Source: a virus (taxonomy: Duplodnaviria > Caudoviricetes). From it: DNA of 64,000 nucleotides. The DNA lies in IMG/VR virus record IMGVR_UViG_3300047322_001193, positions 1,735 through 65,734 of that record; one strand, 5' to 3'. Positions 17,772-27,288 of this stretch are shown here, in pieces. A program made the translations under genes and the position numbers. The notes below the pieces were generated by a model, which saw nothing but the letters and a program-made list of their open reading frames with translations, was not told where the DNA came from and made no database searches. Numbering within the stretch: position 1 is the stretch's first letter; the number at the start of each line of letters is the position of its first letter.

Positions 17772-17829
17772 TCCGATCCGGTTACTGCTGGACTCACATC
17801 CCTGGCAGTGATCGGAGGGAGCACATGGA

Positions 17830-18903
17830 ATGGCTGAACTGAATCAAATTGACGTTGCCACCAAGCGCTTCATCCGGAACACACCAAAGTTAGTCGACAT
17901 GGTGTTCCAGGAAGGGCCTCTAGTAGCGTACGCCAAGCAGAATGTCCGCGAGGACTACGACGGTGGCCGATTCATCGGTGAGAACTTCTACTACAACGGT
18001 CTCATCGGCGGCCCATATCAGAAGGGGAAGAACTTCGACATCACGCAGCCCCAGATCGAACAGCAGCTGCAGTTCAATGTGAAGTTCTTCGAGATCGATG
18101 TCACTCTCTACAAAGAAGACATCCAGGTCATCAACAAGGGACCGAATGCCGCGTTCAAGCTGATCGAATCCAGGATGACGAATGCGTACATGACGATTGG
18201 TGCGCACCTGGAGATCGGCATGTTCCTGAACGGCGTGGATGCGGGCTACACGGCCAACTTCAACGGCCTGACAGAGGCCTGCAACGACAACTCCACCACC
18301 AACTGGAATGGTGTGGCGTACGCCCAGTACGGGACGATCACGCGAGGCGGTGCGGTCGGCACGACCCTCAATTCACTCGCAACGAATGTGGGCGGGACTA
18401 TCGAGTACAACACGCTGGAAGAGACCTACGCCAACGCCAGCTATGGTCCGGGCAAAGAACCCAACATGGGGCTCACCACATACCTGGGCTATTCGTATGT
18501 GAAGGAGAAGTTCCAGACCCAGCAGCGCTTCAACAACATTCAGGATCCGAAGATCGGCTTCACCGGAATGCAGTTCAACGAAGCGACGCTGATGAGGTCG
18601 CGCTACGCACCGGGCTCTTACATCTCTGGTACGGGTGATCCGATTGCGACCACCTTCATCACGCAGATGTCGAACGGCGCGCTGACGGCGTATCCGACCG
18701 TCACCAGCGAGACGTTGTGGTGGCTCAATTGTAGGAAGCCTTACTTCAACTTCTACATCAGTGACGATCCCGAGTACGGCTTCGGCTTCACGGGATTCAA
18801 ACCGGCACAAGGTAACACTGTGGTGGCCGGACAAGTGCTCTTCGCTGGCGCTGTGACATTCGCACCGCGCTATCACCGTCAACTTTACGGGATCACCGGT
18901 TGA
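17830..18903 (+). CDS. Major capsid protein
   Basis: 357 aa after scaffold; HK97-fold-like pattern (DMVF...GG..I..N...FNGL...YGTITR). Confidence 0.85.
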   Translation: MAELNQIDVATKRFIRNTPKLVDMVFQEGPLVAYAKQNVREDYDGGRFIGENFYYNGLIGGPYQKGKNFDITQPQIEQQLQFNVKFFEIDVTLYKEDIQVINKGPNAAFKLIESRMTNAYMTIGAHLEIGMFLNGVDAGYTANFNGLTEACNDNSTTNWNGVAYAQYGTITRGGAVGTTLNSLATNVGGTIEYNTLEETYANASYGPGKEPNMGLTTYLGYSYVKEKFQTQQRFNNIQDPKIGFTGMQFNEATLMRSRYAPGSYISGTGDPIATTFITQMSNGALTAYPTVTSETLWWLNCRKPYFNFYISDDPEYGFGFTGFKPAQGNTVVAGQVLFAGAVTFAPRYHRQLYGITG

Positions 18904-18924
18904 CCCGGATAAGGAGGAACGAAC

Positions 18925-19467
18925 ATGCCAAACAATAAGAATCGCGACGGCACGGTTTACATCCCCACCGGGAATCCGGAGACGGTGAACTACACCCCGA
19001 ACTACGCAGCGGGTGAACTGGGCACCGACTACAGCTACAACCAGAAGCACTACCAGATCGTCCAGTGCGACTCGGGTGCGACCGTCTCGACCCCGACCGG
19101 CATTGTGGCGACCAATATGTTGGCGTTCTGGAAGGATCGCACCAACTACATCGTCACCAATGATCGGAGATTCGCAGAGGGCGGCAACGCTACCCAGAGC
19201 TACCAGAACAAGGTGGCGGGCCGCTTCGGTAACGCAGTGACAGCGGGCAACATCTGCCACATCACGCAGCGCGGCATCGCCAACCTGCTGGATGGTGGCA
19301 ACACGTTTGCGGTCGGTGAGTCGGTGATCGCGGAGAACGATCTCGTCGCTGGAGCGGATCGCATCGCGGTCGGCACGGCGGTGACATTCCAGAGACTGGG
19401 ATTTGCGCGTGGCGCAGCGGCAGCTGGAGTGGTCTCGGTCGATCTCGATATCCCGTCCGTCGAATAG
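18925..19467 (+). CDS. Capsid cement / decoration protein
   Basis: AAGGAGG RBS; directly after MCP; G/A/T-rich. Confidence 0.65.
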   Translation: MPNNKNRDGTVYIPTGNPETVNYTPNYAAGELGTDYSYNQKHYQIVQCDSGATVSTPTGIVATNMLAFWKDRTNYIVTNDRRFAEGGNATQSYQNKVAGRFGNAVTAGNICHITQRGIANLLDGGNTFAVGESVIAENDLVAGADRIAVGTAVTFQRLGFARGAAAAGVVSVDLDIPSVE

Positions 19468-19477
19468 GAGGTGTGAG

Positions 19478-19726
19478 ATGGCAGCAGCAACAGTCACTTT
19501 ACGCCGACAGAATGATGTGCTGGGTCGACTTCGCAATGTCTCGGCAGGCTCGATTGTATTCGCCAGCAATGGTGACACCTGGGCGGTGCCTGGCATCAAG
19601 AACATCTACGCCATCAATCTGACCCCGACAGCAGGTACCGCGTTCGGGTTCACTCGAAGCGGTAACACCATCACTCTCGTCGCTGCGGGTGGACTCACCT
19701 TCAGCGGCTCTGTGCTGGGCTTGTAA
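19478..19726 (+). CDS. Small virion protein
   Basis: AGGAGG RBS before ATG 19478. Confidence 0.7.
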   Translation: MAAATVTLRRQNDVLGRLRNVSAGSIVFASNGDTWAVPGIKNIYAINLTPTAGTAFGFTRSGNTITLVAAGGLTFSGSVLGL

Positions 19727-19743
19727 TTGAAGCGGGGTGACGC

Positions 19744-20961
19744 ATGAACGACACGTACACACAGATCTGGAATCGTGTGCTCCTGCGTTGCCCCGCCGTC
19801 TCGTCATTCCTCGCTAAGGATTGGGTCACCAACGCATTCAGAAGGCTCGCAGAACGACGACGCTGGAGCTGGCTGATCAAGTACGGGCAGTTCGTCGTGC
19901 CCGCCATCTACAATACGGGGACAGTGACGGTCACCCTTCAATCCACCACGGTCACGGGCGCGGGCACTGCCTGGACGAACGCGATGGTGGGCCGTCAGTT
20001 TAGGCTAGGGAACGCCACACCCATCTATACCATTGCGCAGGTCAACAGCGCGACCTCACTCGATCTCGATAATCCGTACGGATCGGCAACCCAGTCCGCG
20101 ATTGGGTATCAAATCTATCAGTGCTACTTCACCCCGCCAACCGACTTCCACGCTTTCATGACGGTGTGGGATCCGGCAATGAACTGGCAGCTGTGGCGCA
20201 ACATTCAGCAGGGTGAACTGAACACCTGGGACGCGCAGAGATCGAACCTCGGCCAGGCGTACTGTGTCGCGAGCTTCGACTACACCACTGACAGGCTGGG
20301 TATTGTGGCAGCTGTGAACCAGTCGAGTGGCAGCGGCCCGGATCCTGTGAGCACCGGCACCTTCACCGCGCCAGCGAATGCGATCTTCACGGTCGAGTGC
20401 ACTCTCGGCGGCATCACGGGCACCGCGACATTCAAGTGGAAGAAGAATGAGGGCTCGTACACGTCTGGAGTCCTGACCGATTCGGTGGCTCAAGCGCTGC
20501 AGGATGGCGTCCAGATCTACTGGCCGACCGCGCAGACGTATGTTCTGGGCGACATCTGGGTGATCCAGTGCACCGCCACACAGTCGGCAGGACTCCCGCG
20601 TTACGAGATCTGGCCACATCAAACCGCAGCTTACGTCTACCCGTTCTTGTACGAAGCGCGAGCCCAGGATCTGCAGGACACCAACGCTGTGCTGCCGCGC
20701 TACGTCAGAGGCGACGTGCTGCTGGAGATGGCGCTCGCAGAATCGGCGCGCTGGCCAGGACCCAGCCCAGATAAGCCGTCACCTTACTTCAATCTCAAGC
20801 TCGCCGAGATGCACGACGTCCGCGCCGAGAAGCTGATCATGGAATTGGAACGTCAAGATGATGAGACGTACGAGCAGGACATGATGTACCAGCTCCCGCT
20901 CGGTTATCCGTACGCTACCCCACTCGGCGATGCGAGTTGGTTACAGTCCCACGCAATATAA
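19744..20961 (+). CDS. Head-tail adaptor-like protein with inserted beta domains
   Basis: WVTNAFRRL...RRWSWL N-terminus; EIWP...YVYPFLY C-terminus. Confidence 0.65.
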   Translation: MNDTYTQIWNRVLLRCPAVSSFLAKDWVTNAFRRLAERRRWSWLIKYGQFVVPAIYNTGTVTVTLQSTTVTGAGTAWTNAMVGRQFRLGNATPIYTIAQVNSATSLDLDNPYGSATQSAIGYQIYQCYFTPPTDFHAFMTVWDPAMNWQLWRNIQQGELNTWDAQRSNLGQAYCVASFDYTTDRLGIVAAVNQSSGSGPDPVSTGTFTAPANAIFTVECTLGGITGTATFKWKKNEGSYTSGVLTDSVAQALQDGVQIYWPTAQTYVLGDIWVIQCTATQSAGLPRYEIWPHQTAAYVYPFLYEARAQDLQDTNAVLPRYVRGDVLLEMALAESARWPGPSPDKPSPYFNLKLAEMHDVRAEKLIMELERQDDETYEQDMMYQLPLGYPYATPLGDASWLQSHAI

Positions 20962-20973
20962 GGAGACACGATC

Positions 20974-21165
20974 ATGGCATTTGATGTCGACAGTCCGATG
21001 AAACCGATTGCTACCCCGCCCGCTGGTAATAAGGGTGGTCCTGGAGATTATGACGGCGTGCCGGGATATCCGCCGCGCACATCGAGCCCGAATGCAGTGC
21101 CAGAGAAGGTCTGTGACGGGTCATTGCCGAACGCTAAGATGCCGACCGGTCCGGGTAACGAGTAA
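20974..21165 (+). CDS. Small Pro/Gly-rich protein
   Basis: AAGGAG RBS. Confidence 0.65.
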   Translation: MAFDVDSPMKPIATPPAGNKGGPGDYDGVPGYPPRTSSPNAVPEKVCDGSLPNAKMPTGPGNE

Positions 21166-21177
21166 GCATATCCCAGC

Positions 21178-23616
21178 GTGCAGCGGGTTCAGGGCTGGGT
21201 TGAGAATGGCAATGTTGTCGTCACGATTGCGGGAACGGGGTACGTTTCCAGCAACAAAGTCCAAGGCTCGTTTCCATTAGGCACGGTCACTGTATACCTG
21301 GCGGGCACGCTGACCATTGCCTCGATCTACGCCGACAACGCCAGCACCGCGAAAGCGAACCCGTTCACCGCATCATCGAGTGGGCAGTGGTTCTTCTACG
21401 CTGCGAATGGTACCTACGATATCAAGTTCAGTGGTGGTGGGATCGCAGCGCCCTTCACTATCGGGGCCGTCATAGTCTTCGATCCCAACGCCAGCTATCT
21501 GGGCACCAGCCCGCTCGAATACGGTGCGGTCGGGGATGGAGTGACGGACGACACTGCTGCTATCAATGCTGCGATCACTGCACTGTCCGCTGGCGGCACG
21601 CTCAACCTCGGCTGCCTGAAGTACGCGATCACCAGCCAGATCGCGATCACCAAACGTCTCACCATCCTCGCCTCAGGCCAGGGCGGGTTCGTCGAGAAGA
21701 CCGCGATCACGGGCGTACAGAGTGCGGGCGCGATGGTCTTCTTCAACGGATCCAATTGCACCGCGTCGGTGGTACAAGGTGTCAACTTCTACGGCATCGA
21801 GACCAACGCGTCGTTCCTGGCCGATCCAGGCGCGCAGACCAAACAATACTGTGCGGTGTACTTCAGCCTCTGCGATCAGCCGCACTTCATCGACGGCAAG
21901 ATCAGCGGCAAACGATACGGTGTCGTCTTCGACCGCTGCACTAACGCTCTGTCGCAAGCTTCCAACTTCACCGGCATCCTCACCGGCGACACCGCCACCT
22001 CCAACTACAATGTCGGTGTCGAGCAGGAAGGCGGCAACGATCACGTCGTCAGCGACTGCACATTCTTCCATGTGGGTAATGCCGTGCTCACCGGCACCTC
22101 GATCACGGGCGGGCAGACGCCACACCGCATGACAATCTCGAAGTGCCAGATCGATACCTGCTGGAACAACGGGATCTATCTCTCGCTCAACTTCGACTCA
22201 GTCGTCAGCGAGTGCAGCATCACCAATATCGGCGTGACCGGCAATGCAGCCAACGCGATCAAGATGAATGGCTCGCGGAATAGCGCGATCAACAACAAGA
22301 TCGAGACCTCTCAGGTCGGTATTGGTATTGCGGGTGGGGACGCGGCACCCGACGCTTACAACTGCACGGGCTACGGCGATCAGATCATCGGCAACACCAT
22401 CAAGAACATCGCCTGGGATGGCATCAGTCTGGGCACGCACGCCGGGTTCGCCTTCCGCAATCTGACCGTCATCGGCAACTACATGGTCAGCATTGCTACC
22501 GACAGCGTCAACTTTGGCCTGATCCGTGGCGGCGGCTACTTCCATTATGTTGCCGACAACACCTTTGAGGACAGCCGTTCTCAGTACGGCATCCTGATGT
22601 CACCTGACGGTGTGCACACCGCCGTGCTGGGGATGGTGATCTCGCGAAATGAGTTCATCAACTGTGCGGGGAAGGGGATGCACCTGATCACTTACCAGAA
22701 CGGCGTGATCGAGAACAATACCTTCCAGGATATCGCTGTCACACCCATCGTGCTCGTGACGACATCCACCACCAATCTCATCGCCTACAACAAAGGCATC
22801 TCGGGCTTGGCCAATGTGGTGGTGTCCGTTGATGCTGGATCGATCAACAACGTCCTGATCAAGAACACGGGCGGGACTCCGGATCTCTCAGTGGATGAGA
22901 CGCTGAACAGTTTGTGGCTCGGGCCGCGCACGGGCTCTGCGGTGCCTTCGATTACGGGCCCGGATCGTGGTCAGCTCTATGCGGTAGTCAAGACTGTCGG
23001 GGATCGGACGTTTGTCGGTCGCCACACCGGTAGTGTGAACCAGTGGGAACCCATCACCGACGTCTACATCGCTTCAGAGAACGGTGCCAACAACGCCATT
23101 GCCTGTTCGGCCAACGCCAACCTGCCGACGCTCTACGACGGGCTGTGCGTCACGGTCAAGCTGGGGCACACCTTACGCGCTGGTACCAACACCTTCGCCT
23201 ATAACGGTGGCGCGGCAGTCTCGATCAAGAGCAACACGGACCGCAGCGCCGACATCGTCAACGCGTACGGCACGAACTCCTACATCCGTCTGGTGTACGA
23301 CGACGCGAACAACGTCTGGCAAATCGTCGGGCAGCGCGGGACGAACGAGCCGGTCTACCTCGCGGCGGCAGGCATCGCGAACGCCATCACGGCGACCGGG
23401 CCGCCACTCGTCGACGGTCTGGTGCTGGTGCTGCAGCTGGGCGTGCTGACACTGCAGGCTGGTGCCAACACGTTCGCTTACAACGGTGGAGGAGCGCTCT
23501 CCATCAAGAGTCACTTCAACCGGGTGAACGATATCGCGACGGCGTACGCCCAGCAGTCGCGGGTGATGCTGATCTATTGCGACAACATCGGGTTGTGGCA
23601 GGACGCGGCGCAGTAA
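21178..23616 (+). CDS. Tailspike 1 (pectate-lyase-like right-handed beta-helix)
   Basis: EYGAVGDGVTDDTAAINAAI motif; Asn/Ile-rich helix rungs; duplicated C-terminal domain. Confidence 0.85.
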   Translation: MQRVQGWVENGNVVVTIAGTGYVSSNKVQGSFPLGTVTVYLAGTLTIASIYADNASTAKANPFTASSSGQWFFYAANGTYDIKFSGGGIAAPFTIGAVIVFDPNASYLGTSPLEYGAVGDGVTDDTAAINAAITALSAGGTLNLGCLKYAITSQIAITKRLTILASGQGGFVEKTAITGVQSAGAMVFFNGSNCTASVVQGVNFYGIETNASFLADPGAQTKQYCAVYFSLCDQPHFIDGKISGKRYGVVFDRCTNALSQASNFTGILTGDTATSNYNVGVEQEGGNDHVVSDCTFFHVGNAVLTGTSITGGQTPHRMTISKCQIDTCWNNGIYLSLNFDSVVSECSITNIGVTGNAANAIKMNGSRNSAINNKIETSQVGIGIAGGDAAPDAYNCTGYGDQIIGNTIKNIAWDGISLGTHAGFAFRNLTVIGNYMVSIATDSVNFGLIRGGGYFHYVADNTFEDSRSQYGILMSPDGVHTAVLGMVISRNEFINCAGKGMHLITYQNGVIENNTFQDIAVTPIVLVTTSTTNLIAYNKGISGLANVVVSVDAGSINNVLIKNTGGTPDLSVDETLNSLWLGPRTGSAVPSITGPDRGQLYAVVKTVGDRTFVGRHTGSVNQWEPITDVYIASENGANNAIACSANANLPTLYDGLCVTVKLGHTLRAGTNTFAYNGGAAVSIKSNTDRSADIVNAYGTNSYIRLVYDDANNVWQIVGQRGTNEPVYLAAAGIANAITATGPPLVDGLVLVLQLGVLTLQAGANTFAYNGGGALSIKSHFNRVNDIATAYAQQSRVMLIYCDNIGLWQDAAQ

Positions 23617-23618
23617 TT

Positions 23619-25892
23619 ATGCAGAAGCTACAGGGTTGGGTTGAGCAAGGGAACACGACGCTGACCATCGCAGGTGCAGCCGGTACGATTGCGCGCAAGG
23701 TGCAGGGCTCCTATCCGCTCGCGACCGTCACTGTCTACATCAACAACGCGCCCGCTGTCGCGATCACGTCCATCTCACGCGCCGCCAATGTCGTGACCGT
23801 GACGATCTCAGCCAACTCCAACTTCATCGCGGGAGAGTTAGTCACCATTGCCGGTGTCACCGACGCCTCATTCAATGGCACCTTCACGATACTGAGCAGC
23901 GGCTCGACGACGTTCACCTACGCCCAGACCGCCGCCAACGCGTCGAGTTCGAGCGGGACAGCGTCATCGACACTACGACTGGCAACGATCTACGCCGACA
24001 ACAGCTCGACAGCGAAAGCCAATCCCTTCACGGCGTCGAGTGATGGTACCTGGTTCGTATACGCAGCGAATGGGAACTACGATGTGAAGTTCAGTGGTGC
24101 TGGTATCACGTCACCCTTCACGATTGGGGATCTCCAGAGCTTCAGCCCGCAAGTCATCGATAATGTGGCGCACGCCGCACTCTTCCCAGGTGCGGATGCC
24201 AGCATCAAGATCGCCAATGCCATCGCATCGCTACCGAGCACTGGCGGGATCGTGGATGCGCGCGGATTCCAGGGCACGCAGACATTCAGCGTCAACCCGT
24301 TTGCAGGCATTCCGAGTGTGAACTTCCCACTCACTGTTCTGTTCGGTGCCGCGACGTTTCATGTGCAGACCACGATGATTCTCGATCTCGCCGCAACCAT
24401 CCAGCTCCTCGGGATTAGTGTGGGCGGCGGCATCGAAACCGGCAGCGTCTTCGTCTGGGACGGCGCGAACGGCGGCACGGTGCTGTTCTTCAACACCACC
24501 CGCGACTCCTATGTCGACGGTATCAGCATCAAACCCGGTACCGGCACGATTGGAATCGGGATCCTGAGCGACAACGTCCACCCCGCGGGATCTTCCAACA
24601 GCACCAATATCCACTTCAGGCACATCACCGTCGACGCATCGACAGTCGGCATTCAGATCGGCAAAGATCAGGTCGACGGCAACAATGCCGAGATGACGTT
24701 TGAAGATGTCTACATCCTCGGTGCTGGCACGTACGGTTACTTCATCAAGTTCTCCCAGTCGCGCAACCTCTCCTTCATGCGCGGCACGGTCGGCAGCCGG
24801 ACGTTCGGCATCTACTTCAACAACGGCTCGGGGCGCATCTATGGCGTGAACTTCTCCCAGAACACGACCGACATCTACTGCGTCCAGGCGGATGACACGA
24901 TCATGGTGGAGGCTTGCCATTCCGAACTGAGTGGTCGCTTCCTGGATACGGGCGGGCCGAGCGGTTCCAACTTCGCTGTCTTCCTCGCGGGCAACCAGTT
25001 CACTGCCGACAACATCAATACGCTGAACCCTTTCCTGCGCTACCGCTACACCGGACCGTTCGTGATGACGGGGAATGACTTCACTGAAGGCAATTACCAC
25101 GCGACGCCGAAGATGGACATCTCTTCCAGCAACCCGACCGTGATCGTGTCGCTCGGCAACGTCTTCCCCAACGACCAGATATTCACTGGCGCGACTGGAG
25201 CCTACACGCTGACGTCGCTTGGAGATCGCACCTTCGATGCGGGCAACAATCCGCAGCGCATGCCCAACAAGATGCAGCAGGCGCTCACGCTTGAAGCTCA
25301 GCTGGACGTGTTCGGAGCCATCACGACGGGATCGAACCTGAGCGCTGCGGGGAATCTGACGGTTGTAGGCGGTGCGACGATTGGTGGTGCGGCAGCGATC
25401 ACTGGAGCCATCACCGGCGCGTCCGCCAGCGTGACCGGCAATCTCCATTCAGGTGGCGCTTTCGATGTCGCGGGTACTGCCGCGATTGGAAGCACGATCT
25501 CGGTCGGGGGTGAGACTGCGCAGGCGCATCTGCTGTCGGGGACCTATACGCCGACGCTCACTAACGTCGCGAACATCTCGGCCTCACACATGATCGAGGA
25601 TGCATCGTACGTGCAGGTTGGTAAGGAGATCGTTGTCTCAGGCCGGATCAACCTGACACCGACAGCGGGAGGTAATGTCACCACCGAGATCGATCTCACG
25701 GTACCAATCTTGAACAGCAGCAACGTCGATGCGATGGGAGGAGCGGTCACTAGTGGAGCGGTGGGTCTGTCGGGTGTGGCGACGTTTGGGGTGTCGTTTG
25801 GTAACGGCAATAAGATCCGGCTCGTCGCGTCGCAGGTGACCAACACGAGCGCGATTGATTACTCGTTCATCATTTCCTACCACCTGGCTTGA
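23619..25892 (+). CDS. Tailspike 2 (beta-helix)
   Basis: N-terminal anchor shared with tailspike 1; KIANAIASLPSTGGIVDARG; beta-helix composition. Confidence 0.8.
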   Translation: MQKLQGWVEQGNTTLTIAGAAGTIARKVQGSYPLATVTVYINNAPAVAITSISRAANVVTVTISANSNFIAGELVTIAGVTDASFNGTFTILSSGSTTFTYAQTAANASSSSGTASSTLRLATIYADNSSTAKANPFTASSDGTWFVYAANGNYDVKFSGAGITSPFTIGDLQSFSPQVIDNVAHAALFPGADASIKIANAIASLPSTGGIVDARGFQGTQTFSVNPFAGIPSVNFPLTVLFGAATFHVQTTMILDLAATIQLLGISVGGGIETGSVFVWDGANGGTVLFFNTTRDSYVDGISIKPGTGTIGIGILSDNVHPAGSSNSTNIHFRHITVDASTVGIQIGKDQVDGNNAEMTFEDVYILGAGTYGYFIKFSQSRNLSFMRGTVGSRTFGIYFNNGSGRIYGVNFSQNTTDIYCVQADDTIMVEACHSELSGRFLDTGGPSGSNFAVFLAGNQFTADNINTLNPFLRYRYTGPFVMTGNDFTEGNYHATPKMDISSSNPTVIVSLGNVFPNDQIFTGATGAYTLTSLGDRTFDAGNNPQRMPNKMQQALTLEAQLDVFGAITTGSNLSAAGNLTVVGGATIGGAAAITGAITGASASVTGNLHSGGAFDVAGTAAIGSTISVGGETAQAHLLSGTYTPTLTNVANISASHMIEDASYVQVGKEIVVSGRINLTPTAGGNVTTEIDLTVPILNSSNVDAMGGAVTSGAVGLSGVATFGVSFGNGNKIRLVASQVTNTSAIDYSFIISYHLA

Positions 25893-25893
25893 T

Positions 25894-27288
25894 ATGGCGT
25901 ACACCTACATCACCTTCAGCCAGCTCAAGACGCAACTCGCTCTCCGACTCGACGACCCCACCGAAGTGTACTGGGTCGACACCGAGCTGGGCCTGCACCT
26001 CACCGAAGCGCTGCGGACATTCGGGCTCACCGCAGGATTCTGGCGCGAACGCGGCACGATCTCGGCGTCACCTGCTCTCGCCTTCTACGACATCAATCCC
26101 AACCTCAGCAACGGCAGCGAGAATATCCTGCAGCCGACCGTTACTGACCAGGACATCGTCCAGCAACTGCAGTATGCCCTGCTGGAGAAGGCGACATCGC
26201 AAACCACCTGGACCGGCACCGAGATGTTCACTTACCGGGATCTCGCCAATGCCATTCAGAACCGGCTCAACCAGTTCATGAGTGACACGGGTATTGTGGT
26301 GAACCGCTCACTGGTGAACGTGATCTCGCCGCCGAGTGGACGTGAGGTGCTCGGGCAATCGACCATCGATGTGAGGCGGGCGGCGTGGCTGGGCAGCTCT
26401 CCTGAGGCCTATTACACGACACTCTGGCGCGAGGATGAGCGCACCCTGACATCCGCGAATCAAGACTGGAGTGTGTCGCAGGGTCAGCCTATTGCCTACT
26501 CGATCATGGCACCGCCACCATTACGATTCCAGATCGCGCCGCCACCGCAATCGAATGGGCAGCTCGAACTGCTCACTGTAGATTCCACCACTCTCGATCC
26601 GGCCAACACTGCGACTGTGCTGGGTATCCCCGACGATCTCACGCCCGCGATCAAGTGGGGCGCACTCGCCGACTTGTTAGGAATGGATGGTGTGGCTCGC
26701 GACCTGGTGCGTGCTTCTTTCTCGGAACAGCGTTACCGTCAGTACGTCGCCCTCGCCCGCATGCTTCCGGTCATTGTGCATGCGGAGATCAACGGCGTGC
26801 CTCTGCTGGCGGTGACGCTGCAAGAGATCGACAGCGGCGATCCGAACTGGCAGAACAGCGTCGCATCGAGTGCTCAGGCAGTAGACACTCTAGTACTTGC
26901 CGCGCCCAACCTGATTGCATTGTCGGCAATACCCAACACTGCATACTCGGTGACATTGGATGTGGTGCGCCGCACTCCGACCTATAACGATATCGACACA
27001 GTCCAGATTGGGCGTGAGCAGCTGGATATGATCCTCGACTACGCCGAGCATCTTGCGCTGTTCAAAGTGGCGGGTGCGGAGTGGCACGCGACGGAGCGCC
27101 AGGCGGCGAACTTCCTGCTGCAATCGCTCACCTACAACTCGCGCATCAGTGCCGCAGCACGGGCCGCATTCTCAGCAGCCGACCAGTCTCAGCGACAGAA
27201 GCAGCAGGTGCCGCGCCGCACTGTCGATCTCGTCGGGCATACGTTCGGTGTCGGTGCATCAAAGGCGGGTGAAGATGCCGGAAAGTAA
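25894..27288 (+). CDS. Tail adaptor / tubular protein (tandem adaptor-like domains)
   Basis: TFSQLKTQLALRLDD...YW..TEL N-terminus; position before nozzle. Confidence 0.65.
   Translation: MAYTYITFSQLKTQLALRLDDPTEVYWVDTELGLHLTEALRTFGLTAGFWRERGTISASPALAFYDINPNLSNGSENILQPTVTDQDIVQQLQYALLEKATSQTTWTGTEMFTYRDLANAIQNRLNQFMSDTGIVVNRSLVNVISPPSGREVLGQSTIDVRRAAWLGSSPEAYYTTLWREDERTLTSANQDWSVSQGQPIAYSIMAPPPLRFQIAPPPQSNGQLELLTVDSTTLDPANTATVLGIPDDLTPAIKWGALADLLGMDGVARDLVRASFSEQRYRQYVALARMLPVIVHAEINGVPLLAVTLQEIDSGDPNWQNSVASSAQAVDTLVLAAPNLIALSAIPNTAYSVTLDVVRRTPTYNDIDTVQIGREQLDMILDYAEHLALFKVAGAEWHATERQAANFLLQSLTYNSRISAAARAAFSAADQSQRQKQQVPRRTVDLVGHTFGVGASKAGEDAGK

Noticed and set aside
18373-19605. 410-aa - strand ORF, and similar long antisense ORFs such as 24231-25448 and 50415-51599
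   Set aside because: Shadows of well-supported genes in high-GC DNA; no RBS or motifs
21178-24140. Tailspike N-terminal similarity as an invertible or shufflon system
   Set aside because: Same orientation, diverged DNA, no invertase or inverted crossover sites
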